A program made the translations under genes and the position numbers. From positions 7,715 to 71,714 of the forward strand of contig CAZXCV010000002.1 in the NCBI GenBank assembly GCA_964639215.1: DNA of 64,000 bases, written 5' to 3'. This document shows positions 47,633-58,067 of the stretch, piece after piece. Under the pieces are notes generated by a model. It worked only from the letters and a program-made list of their open reading frames with translations. It was not told the origin of the DNA and did no database searches. Source of the DNA: an uncultured Staphylococcaceae bacterium (GTDB taxonomy: Bacteria; Bacillota_I; Bacilli_A; RFN20; CAG-826). Position 1 is the first letter of the stretch. Each line of letters begins with the position of its first letter.

Positions 47633-49184
47633 ACATCTTTCGATTACTTGTAGTTTGTTAATGCTCACGGCAATTTTGTCGGGTTGCACTTTAACTGATG
47701 TCGTGATTCGGCCATATGAGGCGGTGCTTCGCGACCAAGTTATCATCGGAAGTGAGTATGGTCATTACTACCGCCCAGCCACATATGATGAAAATTTTAC
47801 GGACTTGCGACGCAGCCATCCAAATAATAGTCAACGGACGATGACGCTTGAAACGACGGGTGAACAGCGGTTATTGGTCATTCCGGTTGATTTCACTGAT
47901 TATCGAGCTGAACGATTAGATGAAGGACCAGTCAACAGTCGGCGTCTCTTGCAAAATGCCTTTTTTGGTGAATCGGCAACGACACAATGGGAATCCCTCG
48001 CGAGTTTTTATCATCGCTCCAGCTACCAACAATTGGCAATTTCCGGCTTTGTCAGCGACTGGTATCAAAGCAATGAAGTAGCAGCGAGCATAGCTAGCTC
48101 TGGTAGCAAAACAGTGACAACTGAGCGCATTCTAAAAGCCGCGGTCGAATGGTATCGTAACACGTATGATGACATCAATTCATTTGATGCGAATGACGAT
48201 GGTTACCTCGACGCTGTTTTTCTGGTTTATGCCGCCCCTTATGTCAATAATAATTCCGTTTTTTGGGCCTTTACATCGTTTGACACAGGTGTTGATGGTA
48301 GTCTTCGGATTGGTAATCCCATCGCTAATGCATATGTATGGGCAAGTTATCATTTTTTAAATGTCTATCGACAAAAGGGCGATCCCCATACATTTATTCA
48401 TGAATTTGGTCACTTGCTCGGACTGACAGACTATTACAATACCTCGGCGATACCTGTGAATTTTTCACAGTTGAGCACGCTGGATTCCGATTTTAAACGT
48501 TACCAATATCTACATGGTCCCACTGGCAAAGTCGACATGATGGATTATTCAATTGGTGATCATACGACATTATCAAAAATGTTGCTGAATTGGACAAAAC
48601 CATACGTCGTGACGGGACAGGGCACAATCACAATTGCCCCATTTGTCAGCAGTGGGGATACGATTATCATCGCAAATGATTGGAACGGAAAAGCGTTTGA
48701 TGAGTATTTGGCCCTTGAATTTTACGCGCCGCTTGGTCTTAATTATGTCGATTCAGAGCGGGCTTATGGGCATGACCACGCTCGGTTAATGGGTAATTTC
48801 GGGCTCAAAGTTTACCACGTTGATGCAAGAGCGAGCTACCACGCCACAAATAACGACTTATTTTTAGGTTATGAAGATGATTTTTCAAGTGATAATTTAC
48901 CACCCATAAATACGTCATATCGTACGATTGCTCATACTAATACATATTCGACAACGATTAACGAACATTTGATTTATCGGTTACTTGAAAAAGGCGAATC
49001 GAAAACATTCTTGCAAGGATCGATGGCAACTAATGCCACGCTTTACTATGAAGGCGATACGTTTGGCATCACGGATTTTAGTGATTTTACCTTTAATGAT
49101 GGCACGAGCTTGCCATTTACGTTTAAAATCGATGCCATGAATCGTTATCAAGCAACAATCACGTTTAGTGCAAAAATATCATGA
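47622..49184 (+). CDS. zinc metallopeptidase-like lipoprotein (HExxHxxGxxD), paralog 2
   Basis: Lipobox LTAILSGC after a signal peptide, and the HEFGHLLGLTDYY motif. Clear paralogy with the preceding gene (TYDDxxxFDAxDDGxLDAVxLVY, DMMDY). Start coordinate is good to +/-1 nt. Confidence 0.5.
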   Translation: MKTKHLSITCSLLMLTAILSGCTLTDVVIRPYEAVLRDQVIIGSEYGHYYRPATYDENFTDLRRSHPNNSQRTMTLETTGEQRLLVIPVDFTDYRAERLDEGPVNSRRLLQNAFFGESATTQWESLASFYHRSSYQQLAISGFVSDWYQSNEVAASIASSGSKTVTTERILKAAVEWYRNTYDDINSFDANDDGYLDAVFLVYAAPYVNNNSVFWAFTSFDTGVDGSLRIGNPIANAYVWASYHFLNVYRQKGDPHTFIHEFGHLLGLTDYYNTSAIPVNFSQLSTLDSDFKRYQYLHGPTGKVDMMDYSIGDHTTLSKMLLNWTKPYVVTGQGTITIAPFVSSGDTIIIANDWNGKAFDEYLALEFYAPLGLNYVDSERAYGHDHARLMGNFGLKVYHVDARASYHATNNDLFLGYEDDFSSDNLPPINTSYRTIAHTNTYSTTINEHLIYRLLEKGESKTFLQGSMATNATLYYEGDTFGITDFSDFTFNDGTSLPFTFKIDAMNRYQATITFSAKIS

Positions 49185-49191
49185 ATTTTTC

Positions 49192-49220
49192 TTGCATTTA
49201 AAAAACGGGCTCGCTATACT
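49192..49220 (+). promoter_or_regulatory. promoter of rpsL-rpsG-fusA-tuf
   Basis: TTGCAT, 17-nt spacer, TATACT. Confidence 0.45.
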
Positions 49221-49332
49221 TGACTAGGACAAAAATCTCCCATTAGTGACCGGTGACGGTCATTTTAAAAAGATGGCGATTGATACACCGGGAATTGTGT
49301 ACCTTAACACAATATTAACAGAAGGAGCAAAT

Positions 49333-49752
49333 ATGCCAACAATTAATCAGTTAGTCCGCGACGGACGCACCAAATCCGAATTCAAAACAAAATCACCAGC
49401 CCTCGGCAAACGCTGGAACTCACTCCAAAAGCGCTCGAGCAATCAAAACTCTGCTCAAAAGCGGGGCGTGTGTACCCGTGTTGGAACGATGACCCCGAAG
49501 AAACCGAACTCAGCTCTACGTAAGTATGCACGTGTCCGGTTATCCAATGGTTACGAAGTCACCGCATATATTGGTGGCGAAGGTCATAACTTACAAGAAC
49601 ACTCAACCGTGATGCTTCGCGGTGGTCGTGTTAAAGACTTACCAGGCGTCCGCTATCATATCATCCGGGGTACACTTGATTGTGCTGGGATTGAAAAACG
49701 GCGGCAAGGCCGCAGCCTTTATGGGACAAAACGCCCCAAAGGCAATGAATAG
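49333..49752 (+). CDS. rpsL: 30S ribosomal protein S12
   Basis: 139 aa from MPTINQLVR (GAAGGAG RBS). The track ORF starts further upstream, which is spurious. Contains a roughly 12-aa insertion before the KRGVCTRV motif. Confidence 0.95.
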   Translation: MPTINQLVRDGRTKSEFKTKSPALGKRWNSLQKRSSNQNSAQKRGVCTRVGTMTPKKPNSALRKYARVRLSNGYEVTAYIGGEGHNLQEHSTVMLRGGRVKDLPGVRYHIIRGTLDCAGIEKRRQGRSLYGTKRPKGNE

Positions 49753-49771
49753 GGTATAGGAGGATAACGCA

Positions 49772-50242
49772 ATGCCACGAAAAGGACATGTCGCTAAGCG
49801 CGATGTTTTACCAGATCCATTATATAGTTCAAAATTAGTCACTCGCTTAATTAACAAAATCATGACAGACGGAAAACGAGGAACCGCCCAGACGATTCTT
49901 TACACCGCTTTCAAGAAAATTGAGCAAAAATCAGGCACGCCAGCCATGGATGTTTTTGCCACGGCCATTAACAATATTATGCCCGAAGTTGAATTGAAGG
50001 CCCGCCGTGTTGGTGCCAGTAATTTACAAGTTCCCATCGAGGTTAGCGCTGAACGAAAAATTACACTTGGGCTTCGTTGGCTCGTCACCTATGCCCGGTT
50101 GCGCAACGAAAAGACGATGGAAGACAAATTAGCCAATGAAATCATTGACGCCGCTAATCGCACTGGCGCCTCTGTCAAGAAAAGAGAAGATACCCACAAG
50201 ATGGCCGAAGCCAATAAAGCTTACGCCCATTATCGGTGGTAA
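49772..50242 (+). CDS. rpsG: 30S ribosomal protein S7
   Basis: 156 aa. [18 protein letters not shown]. Confidence 0.97.
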   Translation: MPRKGHVAKRDVLPDPLYSSKLVTRLINKIMTDGKRGTAQTILYTAFKKIEQKSGTPAMDVFATAINNIMPEVELKARRVGASNLQVPIEVSAERKITLGLRWLVTYARLRNEKTMEDKLANEIIDAANRTGASVKKREDTHKMAEANKAYAHYRW

Positions 50243-50254
50243 GAGCAACGATTT

Positions 50255-52333
50255 ATGCTTCGCGAATATGATTTAGACCATACCCGAAATATCGGGGTCA
50301 TGGCCCACATCGACGCTGGGAAAACGACGACGACCGAGCGGATTCTTTATTATACCGGTCGCATCCACAAACTTGGCGAAACCCATGAGGGAAACGCGAC
50401 CATGGACTGGATGGTCCAAGAACAAGAACGTGGAATCACAATCACAAGTGCGGCAACCACGGCTTTTTGGAATGGTCACCGCATTAATATCATTGACACC
50501 CCTGGGCACGTCGATTTCACCGTTGAAGTCGAACGATCACTGCGTGTTCTCGATGGTGCCGTGACGGTGCTTGATGGAAAAAACGGCGTGGAACCACAAA
50601 CTGAAACCGTTTGGCGTCAAGGCACAAAATACGGTGTGCCACGCATTGTATTTGTTAATAAATTAGATGCGATTGGTGCTGATTTTGACATGTGCGTCGA
50701 ATCGCTTTATAGTCGCTTGGCGGCCAATGCTGCCGCGATTCAATATCCCGTCGGGTCTGAAAGCAATTTTAATGGCATTATTGATGTAATCGAAAAAGTA
50801 CAATACAACTACACGGCTAATCGTGATGATCGTCCAACACCGAGTAAAATCGATGCCGCATACGTTGAAAAAATCGAAGAGTTACACCAAATTTTAATGG
50901 AAAAATTAGCGCAATTCGATGATGATTTGATGATGCAAGTTCTTGAAGGGCAAGCACCTTCAATCGCTGACATCAAACGCGTGATTAGACGCGCGGTCCT
51001 TACCGGTGAATTTTTCCCGGTTCTATGTGGATCAGCCTATAAAAATAAGGGCGTCCAGTTACTGCTTGATGCCGTCATCGATTACCTGCCAAGTCCCCAC
51101 GAAATCCCTCATGCAAAAGCAACCTTACCAGATGGAACGGTAACTGAAGTCATTCCCGATGATGACGCACCGGTCGCTGCCTTAGCTTTCAAAATCGCGA
51201 CTGATCCTTTTATTGGAAGACTCGCATATGTTCGCGTTTATACGGGGACGCTCAAGTCGGGTTCCTACATTTATAACACGACTAAAGGCGTGAAAGAACG
51301 AATTGGCCGCCTTGTGCTTATGCATGCAAATCATCGGCAAGAAGTCGATGAATTACACGCTGGTGATATCGGTGCCGTCGTTGGCCTCAAAAATACAATC
51401 ACCGGTGATACACTAGTCGATGAACGCAAGCGGATACTCTTAGAAAAAATGGAATTCCCGGCGCCAGTAATTGAACAAGCGGTCGAACCAAAAACGAAGG
51501 CCGATCAAGAAAAAATGACGGTCGCTCTCGTGAAACTTGCTGAAGAAGACCCAACGTTTAAAATGCATACGAATGCCGAAACCGGCCAAACGATTATCGC
51601 CGGTGTTGGTGAATTGCATCTCGATATTATCGTCGATCGTCTCAAACGTGAATTTAACGTTCAAGTTAACGTTGGAGCACCACAAGTGGGCTATCGCGAA
51701 ACGATTCGCGGCAGTGCCGAATGCGAAGGTAAATACGTTCGTCAAAGTGGTGGACGTGGTCAATATGGTCATGTTTGGATTCGATTTGAACCAAACGAAC
51801 ATAAGGGCTTTGAATTTGTCGATGCCGTAATCGGTGGCGTTGTTCCTCGCGAATACATTAAACCGACGATGGAAGGCCTCAAGGAATCGCTTGAACGTGG
51901 TCTCGTGGCTGGCTATCCCGTCATTGACATTAAGGCGACACTATTTGATGGTAGTTATCACGATGTCGACTCGTCTGAAGGTGCCTACCGCATCGCGGCT
52001 AGCTTGGCACTGAAAGAAGCGAGCAAAAAGTGCGATCCAGTAATTCTCGAACCAATCATGCGCATTGAAGTCACCGTGCCCGAACAATATTATGGCGATG
52101 TCTTAGGTGATATTGCCAGACGTCGTGGTCAAATGGTTGGCGAATCACAACGCGGCAACGCTAAGGTCATTGATGCTGACGTCCCACTTGCGCAAATGTT
52201 TGGATATGTAACTGATTTACGGTCAATTACACAAGGTCGTGGCAACTACAGTATGCGCTTCGACCACTACGGCGAGACACCCCGCTACGTCGCCGATGAA
52301 ATCATCAAAAAAGCTGGCGGAACCCCACGGTAG
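50255..52333 (+). CDS. fusA: elongation factor G
   Basis: 692 aa. G-domain [21 protein letters not shown]. Confidence 0.97.
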   Translation: MLREYDLDHTRNIGVMAHIDAGKTTTTERILYYTGRIHKLGETHEGNATMDWMVQEQERGITITSAATTAFWNGHRINIIDTPGHVDFTVEVERSLRVLDGAVTVLDGKNGVEPQTETVWRQGTKYGVPRIVFVNKLDAIGADFDMCVESLYSRLAANAAAIQYPVGSESNFNGIIDVIEKVQYNYTANRDDRPTPSKIDAAYVEKIEELHQILMEKLAQFDDDLMMQVLEGQAPSIADIKRVIRRAVLTGEFFPVLCGSAYKNKGVQLLLDAVIDYLPSPHEIPHAKATLPDGTVTEVIPDDDAPVAALAFKIATDPFIGRLAYVRVYTGTLKSGSYIYNTTKGVKERIGRLVLMHANHRQEVDELHAGDIGAVVGLKNTITGDTLVDERKRILLEKMEFPAPVIEQAVEPKTKADQEKMTVALVKLAEEDPTFKMHTNAETGQTIIAGVGELHLDIIVDRLKREFNVQVNVGAPQVGYRETIRGSAECEGKYVRQSGGRGQYGHVWIRFEPNEHKGFEFVDAVIGGVVPREYIKPTMEGLKESLERGLVAGYPVIDIKATLFDGSYHDVDSSEGAYRIAASLALKEASKKCDPVILEPIMRIEVTVPEQYYGDVLGDIARRRGQMVGESQRGNAKVIDADVPLAQMFGYVTDLRSITQGRGNYSMRFDHYGETPRYVADEIIKKAGGTPR

Positions 52334-52349
52334 TAAGTCAATACTTGTA

Positions 52350-52376
52350 TTGATTTTATACAATAATTGCTATAAT
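52350..52376 (+). promoter_or_regulatory. candidate internal promoter for tuf
   Basis: TGcTATAAT extended -10 at 52368-52376 with a weak -35 (TTGATT / TTGTAT). Confidence 0.35.
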
Positions 52377-52412
52377 ATGAATTGTTGAATTGACATAGGA
52401 GGAAAATTCTAA

Positions 52413-53597
52413 ATGGCAAAAGAAAAATTTGATCGAAGTAAAGTTCACGTTAATATCGGGACCATTGGTCACGTTGACCACGGCAAAACGACATTAACCG
52501 CGGCTATCACGAAAGTGTTAGCAGCAAAAGTTGGTGGTAAGGCGAAATCATATGCTGAAATCGACTCTTCACCCGAAGAAAAATCTCGTGGTATTACAAT
52601 TAACACATCACATATTGAATACCAAACGGTGGCGCGGCACTATGCCCACGTCGACTGCCCAGGGCACGCTGACTATGTGAAAAACATGATTACCGGCGCC
52701 GCCCAAATGGATGGTGCAATTCTTGTCGTCGCTGCGAATGACGGTGTCATGGCCCAAACCAAAGAACATATTCTGTTAGCCCGTCAAGTCGGTGTTCCAT
52801 TCATTGTCGTCTTCTTAAATAAAGTTGATGCCGTCGATGATCCCGAACTCGTTGACATTGTTGAAATGGATGTTCGTGAAACGCTTAGCAAATACAATTT
52901 CCCTGGTGATGACTTACCAGTAATTCGTGGTTCAGCCCGCGACGCACTTGAAGGCAAACCAGAAGCTGAAAAAGCAATTCTTGAATTAATGGAAGCCGTT
53001 GATACCTATATTCCAAATCCAGTCCGCGACAATGACAAGCCATTACTCCTACCAATTGAAGACGTGTTAACAATCACTGGTCGTGGTACCGTCGTCACTG
53101 GTCGTGTCGAACGTGGTTCATTAAAATTGAACGATGAAGTCGAAATTATCGGTATTCGCCCAACCCAAAAATCAATCGTGACCGGGATCGAAATGTTCCG
53201 GAAATTACTTGATTCGGCTCAATCTGGCGATAACGTTGGTATCTTGTTACGTGGTATTAACCGCGATCAAGTCGAACGTGGTCAAGTACTCGCGAAACCT
53301 GGCTCAGTGACACCACACACCAAGTTTACTGCGACTGTTTATATCTTGACAAAAGAAGAAGGCGGTCGTCATACTGCATTCCGCAGTGAATATCGTCCCC
53401 AATTCTATTTCCGGACAACCGATATTACCGGTGTCATTACCTTACCAAAGGGTATCGAAATGGTCATGCCTGGTGATAACGTCACCTTTACCGTCGAATT
53501 GATTCACCCCGTCGCCATTGAAAAAGGCACGAAGTTCTCAATTCGTGAAGGTGGCCGCACCGTTGGTGCTGGTACCGTTGCCGATATCATTAAGTAA
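52413..53597 (+). CDS. tuf: elongation factor Tu
   Basis: 394 aa. [22 protein letters not shown]. Confidence 0.98.
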   Translation: MAKEKFDRSKVHVNIGTIGHVDHGKTTLTAAITKVLAAKVGGKAKSYAEIDSSPEEKSRGITINTSHIEYQTVARHYAHVDCPGHADYVKNMITGAAQMDGAILVVAANDGVMAQTKEHILLARQVGVPFIVVFLNKVDAVDDPELVDIVEMDVRETLSKYNFPGDDLPVIRGSARDALEGKPEAEKAILELMEAVDTYIPNPVRDNDKPLLLPIEDVLTITGRGTVVTGRVERGSLKLNDEVEIIGIRPTQKSIVTGIEMFRKLLDSAQSGDNVGILLRGINRDQVERGQVLAKPGSVTPHTKFTATVYILTKEEGGRHTAFRSEYRPQFYFRTTDITGVITLPKGIEMVMPGDNVTFTVELIHPVAIEKGTKFSIREGGRTVGAGTVADIIK

Positions 53598-53615
53598 TTA
53601 GTGGTTTATCAATTA

Positions 53616-53642
53616 AAGGCCTAGTTTCTAGGCCTTTTTTTA
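53616..53642 (+). terminator. rho-independent terminator after tuf
   Basis: AAGGCCTAG-TTT-CTAGGCCTT followed by TTTTTTT. Confidence 0.85.
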
Positions 53643-53721
53643 TTGGCATCTTTTTAACTAAATGTTGCATTTTTGGGCCTAGTAATCAATAATAGTATTC
53701 AAGTTTATAAATAATATTTAT

Positions 53722-54732
53722 ATGCATATCGTGAAACCAAATTTAGCTAAACGCTCTGGAGCAGCGCTCCTTGATTTTGTCATTTTGTACTTGTTGATTA
53801 GCTTAATGCGGTATTTTGCCATTTATCCGATTTATGACGCCCTCTATGATTTACAAGGATTAGAACAATCGCTCAATGCATTGGCCTACGATAGCAAGCT
53901 TTATATCGAGGACGCTGAACAAAATGCGCCTGTAAAAGTCGTTGCTGATGATATTCCAGCCACAATCTATGCTTATTATTCTGAATTTAAGGATGGCAAG
54001 ATTTATAAAGATGAAACAACCGCTTTTGATTTTTCAAATGAATGGTACAATCAAACAATTTTAAATATTGGTTCGACGGCGACTGGGGTCACGATTTATT
54101 TTGAATATGATGTCGATGGGCTCGGTAATCCCGATCCATCACTTGTCGGCATCCCACTTGCAACAACCACGGATGAGCAACTTACCACATTTTATGCGGC
54201 GGCTTATCAAACTGCTCAAGACGATTTACTAGAATACCCACGCTTGATTGAGCTGAATCAAGAAGGCGCGCGTTATGATTTGGAAATGACACTCATTTCA
54301 TTAGGTTTCAACCTTATCGTGCTCCATTTCATTATTCCGATTATTCTTAAAAACGGTCAAACGATCGGGAAAAAAGCATTTAGTCTCGCTGTTGTTAGCA
54401 AAGATGGATATCGCCTTAAATTTTGGCAACATGCGATTCGTTTCATCGCTTTTGGGATTGAAACTGTTTTTGGGATATACACTTTGTTCGTGGGATACCT
54501 CATCCCCTACACATTCTTATTATTCACTAAGAAAAACCAGGCACCACATGATTTTGCAGCCCAAACGATGATTGCGGATTTGAAGAGTTCCCTAATATTT
54601 GTCGATGAACAAGAAGCGCAAGATTACGATGCCAAAGTCATGGATACGACGTTAGCGATTGAAACAAAACGTAAACAAATCGTTGATGAGGCCGTGGTCA
54701 CTGATCTTCCAAAGGAAAATGAAAAAGAATAA
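53722..54732 (+). CDS. RDD-family membrane protein with a large extracytoplasmic insert
   Basis: N-terminal AKRSGAALLDFVILYLLI and C-terminal GQTIGKKAFSLAVVSKDGYRL resemble the RDD family. About 150 aa of acidic non-membrane sequence lies between the TM segments. Confidence 0.4.
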   Translation: MHIVKPNLAKRSGAALLDFVILYLLISLMRYFAIYPIYDALYDLQGLEQSLNALAYDSKLYIEDAEQNAPVKVVADDIPATIYAYYSEFKDGKIYKDETTAFDFSNEWYNQTILNIGSTATGVTIYFEYDVDGLGNPDPSLVGIPLATTTDEQLTTFYAAAYQTAQDDLLEYPRLIELNQEGARYDLEMTLISLGFNLIVLHFIIPIILKNGQTIGKKAFSLAVVSKDGYRLKFWQHAIRFIAFGIETVFGIYTLFVGYLIPYTFLLFTKKNQAPHDFAAQTMIADLKSSLIFVDEQEAQDYDAKVMDTTLAIETKRKQIVDEAVVTDLPKENEKE

Positions 54733-54743
54733 CTAGCAATCAA

Positions 54744-54774
54744 AATCATGACGCAATCATGATTGTGATATATT
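54744..54774 (+). promoter_or_regulatory. operator-like inverted repeat overlapping the -35 region of the ABC operon promoter
   Basis: AATCATGA-cgcaa-TCATGATT followed by TGaTATATT (extended -10), then GGAGG and the ATG at 54810. Confidence 0.35.
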
Positions 54775-54809
54775 GATGAAGAAGGCAAGAAACTTTCGGA
54801 GGAAACATA

Positions 54810-56156
54810 ATGGAAGTCAAGCTACAAAATCTCAGTAAAGTCTTCGTTACAAAAAAAGGTGATGAGACGCATGCCGTCGACAAAATGACAATTGATATTC
54901 CCGACGGTAAACTCGTTGGTTTGCTCGGGCCATCAGGCTGTGGAAAGTCCACCACACTGTACATGATTGCCGGTTTGCATAAACCAACTGAAGGAAAGAT
55001 TTTCTTTGGTGATCTAGATGTCACAAACGTCCCACCTGAAAATCGTGGCATTGGGCTCGTATTTCAAAATTATGCGCTATATCCACATTTCACCGTTCGT
55101 GGCAACATTCTTTTCCCGTTACAAAACGTGAAAGATTATCAAGATCCCGAGACAGGAAAACCACGTCGCTACACGAAAGCAGAAATGAATGCCATTGCCG
55201 AAGAAATGGCCGATCTTGTGGATATTCGTCCATATCTTGAACGAAAACCCAAACAATTATCTGGCGGTCAGCAACAACGCGTTGCCATTGCCCGAGCCTT
55301 ATCAAAACGACCACGTGTCTTATTGCTGGACGAACCATTAAGTAACCTTGATGCCCGTTTACGATTACAAACACGGGAAGAAATCAAACGGATTCAAAGA
55401 GAAACGGGGATTACAACAATCTTCGTTACCCATGACCAAGAAGCGATGTCGATTTCTGATTTTATCGTCGTTATGGATCGAGGGATTGTCCAACAAATCG
55501 ATGCCCCACAAGTCGTCTATAACGAACCGGTAAACATGTTTGTAGCCAAATTCCTTGGATCACCCGCCATCAACATTATGGAAGGCGAAATTAAAGATGG
55601 TCGCTTACTAATTGATGGCAAGATATTTGATAAAGGTTATGAAGGTAAAGGTGATTTACCACTCGATGGTCAAGAAGTACACGCCTTACTCGTATCCGGT
55701 GGTTACACCAAATCATTCGAGGATTATTACCTTGCCGTCCATAGCACGAAAGAGCATCAAGAAGGACAGGAAAAAGTCCAAATTCCATTTGAACTGACAA
55801 TTAGCAATATTGTTGATCATGCGAAACACTTCGGATTTAAAGGCAAAGCTGATGAGATTGGCGCTGCTGTCACCGCTTTACGCATCTCACTGAAGAAAAA
55901 TCGTCAAATCTTCATTGGCATTCGTCCTGAGGCATTCAGTGTTGAAGAAGCTGCTTCCGCAAAATTCAATGTCAATATCGATTATATTGAACATATTGGA
56001 CGCGACATTTCGCTCGTCGGTAAAGTCGTTGGTCCGGACACGAAAGTGCGGATCATTATTTCAAGCGAACTATCCGACCAGGTGAAACCTGGCGTCATGA
56101 AAGTGGCGGCCAAACGGTTTTATGTCTTTGAAACCGATGGCACGAGGGTTAAATAA
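54810..56156 (+). CDS. ABC transporter ATP-binding protein (MalK/UgpC/MsmX-like) with extended C-terminal domain
   Basis: Walker A GPSGCGKST, Q-loop QNYALYPHFTV, signature LSGGQQQRVAIARAL, Walker B LLLDEPLSNLD. 448 aa, roughly 80 aa longer than typical MalK. Confidence 0.9.
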   Translation: MEVKLQNLSKVFVTKKGDETHAVDKMTIDIPDGKLVGLLGPSGCGKSTTLYMIAGLHKPTEGKIFFGDLDVTNVPPENRGIGLVFQNYALYPHFTVRGNILFPLQNVKDYQDPETGKPRRYTKAEMNAIAEEMADLVDIRPYLERKPKQLSGGQQQRVAIARALSKRPRVLLLDEPLSNLDARLRLQTREEIKRIQRETGITTIFVTHDQEAMSISDFIVVMDRGIVQQIDAPQVVYNEPVNMFVAKFLGSPAINIMEGEIKDGRLLIDGKIFDKGYEGKGDLPLDGQEVHALLVSGGYTKSFEDYYLAVHSTKEHQEGQEKVQIPFELTISNIVDHAKHFGFKGKADEIGAAVTALRISLKKNRQIFIGIRPEAFSVEEAASAKFNVNIDYIEHIGRDISLVGKVVGPDTKVRIIISSELSDQVKPGVMKVAAKRFYVFETDGTRVK

Positions 56157-57088
56157 TGCTCGAAGGTAAACGCGACGGTTGGAAAGCATTTATTGCCTTA
56201 GCACCGGCAATGTTTTTCCTGATCGTCTTTATTTTCTTCCCGATTATTAATACGTTCCTGTTGTCGTTTATGGACAACTTTGCCTGGGCTCCTGGTGCCG
56301 GACTTTGGCTGTTTGGCAATACGTTTGACATGTTCCCGTCGATTGGTAACTACCAAGCCGTTTTGTCAGATCGTACTTTCATTAACGCAATCTTAAACAC
56401 AGCGATTCTCGTCGTTGTGTCGGTTCCATTAACAATTATCGTCTCGCTTCTATTAGCGGTAGCTTTACACAATATCAAGGCATTAAAAGGATTTTATCAA
56501 ACGATATTCTTCCTTCCTTATGTCACAAACGCAATTGCCTTAGGCATGGTGTTCAACGTTATTTTCTCGAAATATCCGAGTGGACTCATGAATCAACTGT
56601 TATCGCTATTTGGCGTGGCTTCACAAAGTTGGGTGACGCCTGATGCCACCAAATTCAATATGGCGGTCGTCATGATTACGTCATCACTTTGGAATGGTCT
56701 TGCTTTTAAAATTCTCGTCTTCATGGCAGGGCTTGCAAGTATCGATAAACAATACTACGATGCCGCGCGGATTGATGGCGCTAATAAATCGCGAATTTTC
56801 CGACGGATTACCGTTCCATTATTGTCGCCACAAATTTTCTATATTACGATTACCTCATTTATCGGCGCCTTTAAGATGTACACATCGGTCATCTCAATCT
56901 TTGGTGCCGGACCGTTTAACTTCGGTGGTAGTGATGGTAATACCTGGATTACAATTGTCGGTTATGTTTATAAAATCATGCGTACCGATACAGGCAAAGC
57001 TGCCGCTGGTAGCATGACGTTATTAATAATTATTTTAATGATTACGGGTATCCAATTCTTGGTTGGCAAGAAGCGGGTTCACTTTTAA
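56156..57088 (+). CDS. ABC transporter permease (CUT1 family, MalF/UgpA-like)
   Basis: 310 aa, 6 TM. EAA-like loop DAARIDGANKSRIFRRITVPLLSP. Confidence 0.85.
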   Translation: MLEGKRDGWKAFIALAPAMFFLIVFIFFPIINTFLLSFMDNFAWAPGAGLWLFGNTFDMFPSIGNYQAVLSDRTFINAILNTAILVVVSVPLTIIVSLLLAVALHNIKALKGFYQTIFFLPYVTNAIALGMVFNVIFSKYPSGLMNQLLSLFGVASQSWVTPDATKFNMAVVMITSSLWNGLAFKILVFMAGLASIDKQYYDAARIDGANKSRIFRRITVPLLSPQIFYITITSFIGAFKMYTSVISIFGAGPFNFGGSDGNTWITIVGYVYKIMRTDTGKAAAGSMTLLIIILMITGIQFLVGKKRVHF

Positions 57089-57097
57089 ACGGAGGGC

Positions 57098-58009
57098 ATG
57101 ATAATGGCTATTGATCGCGATCTATATTTTGCTGATAAAGCGGCGATGCAGCGCTATAAAGCCCTGCGCTTCTTTAATAACTTCTTCATGTATGGATTTT
57201 TAACCATTTTGGCGCTCTTCATTTTAATTCCATTTTATTGGATGATTATCACGTCTGTTAAAACAAACGCACGCATTCAATTTGAGCAAATTAATGGTAT
57301 CTTAGGTTTCATTCCCGTCGAAGTTACACTTGATAACTTTATTCTTGTATTTGGCCGTTCAGCCCAAGTCAACTTTGCTCGTTATTACCTCAATACAATC
57401 TTCGTTGCCTTAACAACGACTTCAATTACGATTGTAACAACGGTGCTTGGCGCCTTCGCATTTGCTCGGCTGAGCTTCAAAGGAAAAGAAGTGCTTTTTA
57501 CCATTTTATTAGCCACGATGATGATTCCTGGCGAAATGATGGTCATCACGAACTTTCAAACGATTTCCGTCTTAAATTGGCGCGATACGTTTATGGCGCT
57601 CATTTTCCCATTCTCTGTCAGTGTCTTTTATATGTTTTATCTACGACAAACATTCCAACAAATTCCGAATGAACTATACCTTGCTAGCAAAGTAGATGGC
57701 TATGGCGATTTCGCTTATTTATGGAAGGTCATGATTCCGATTGCCCTCCCATCAATCGTTACCGTCATCATTCTCGAAATCATGGGGTCTTGGAATGCTT
57801 ATATTTGGCCACAGTTAGTAACTGAAAGCGATAACATGTTGCTTGTCGCTAACGGGCTCATGAGCATTTTCCAATCAACTGAGTTTGTCCAGTGGAATAA
57901 CATTAAACTAGCCGCGTCGGTTGTGGTGACCACGCCACTACTTGTCTTCTTCCTCATCTTTAAGAAGTACATTATGCGCGGCGTTTCCCGCAGTGGTATC
58001 AAAGGTTAA
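57098..58009 (+). CDS. ABC transporter permease (CUT1 family, MalG/UgpE-like)
   Basis: 303 aa. EAA-like loop LASKVDGYGDFAYLWKVMIPIALPS. Confidence 0.85.
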   Translation: MIMAIDRDLYFADKAAMQRYKALRFFNNFFMYGFLTILALFILIPFYWMIITSVKTNARIQFEQINGILGFIPVEVTLDNFILVFGRSAQVNFARYYLNTIFVALTTTSITIVTTVLGAFAFARLSFKGKEVLFTILLATMMIPGEMMVITNFQTISVLNWRDTFMALIFPFSVSVFYMFYLRQTFQQIPNELYLASKVDGYGDFAYLWKVMIPIALPSIVTVIILEIMGSWNAYIWPQLVTESDNMLLVANGLMSIFQSTEFVQWNNIKLAASVVVTTPLLVFFLIFKKYIMRGVSRSGIKG

Positions 58010-58067
58010 AATTTGTTAACACACCCTTAGGGTGTATAATAATTCATAGATGCAAAAGGAGTAGCAC

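Noticed and set aside
49246-49332. Upstream 29-codon extension of the rpsL ORF in the track (start at 49246)
   Set aside because: The universal S12 N-terminus MPTINQLVR begins at 49333 with a GAAGGAG RBS. The upstream extension overlaps the promoter and is not coding.
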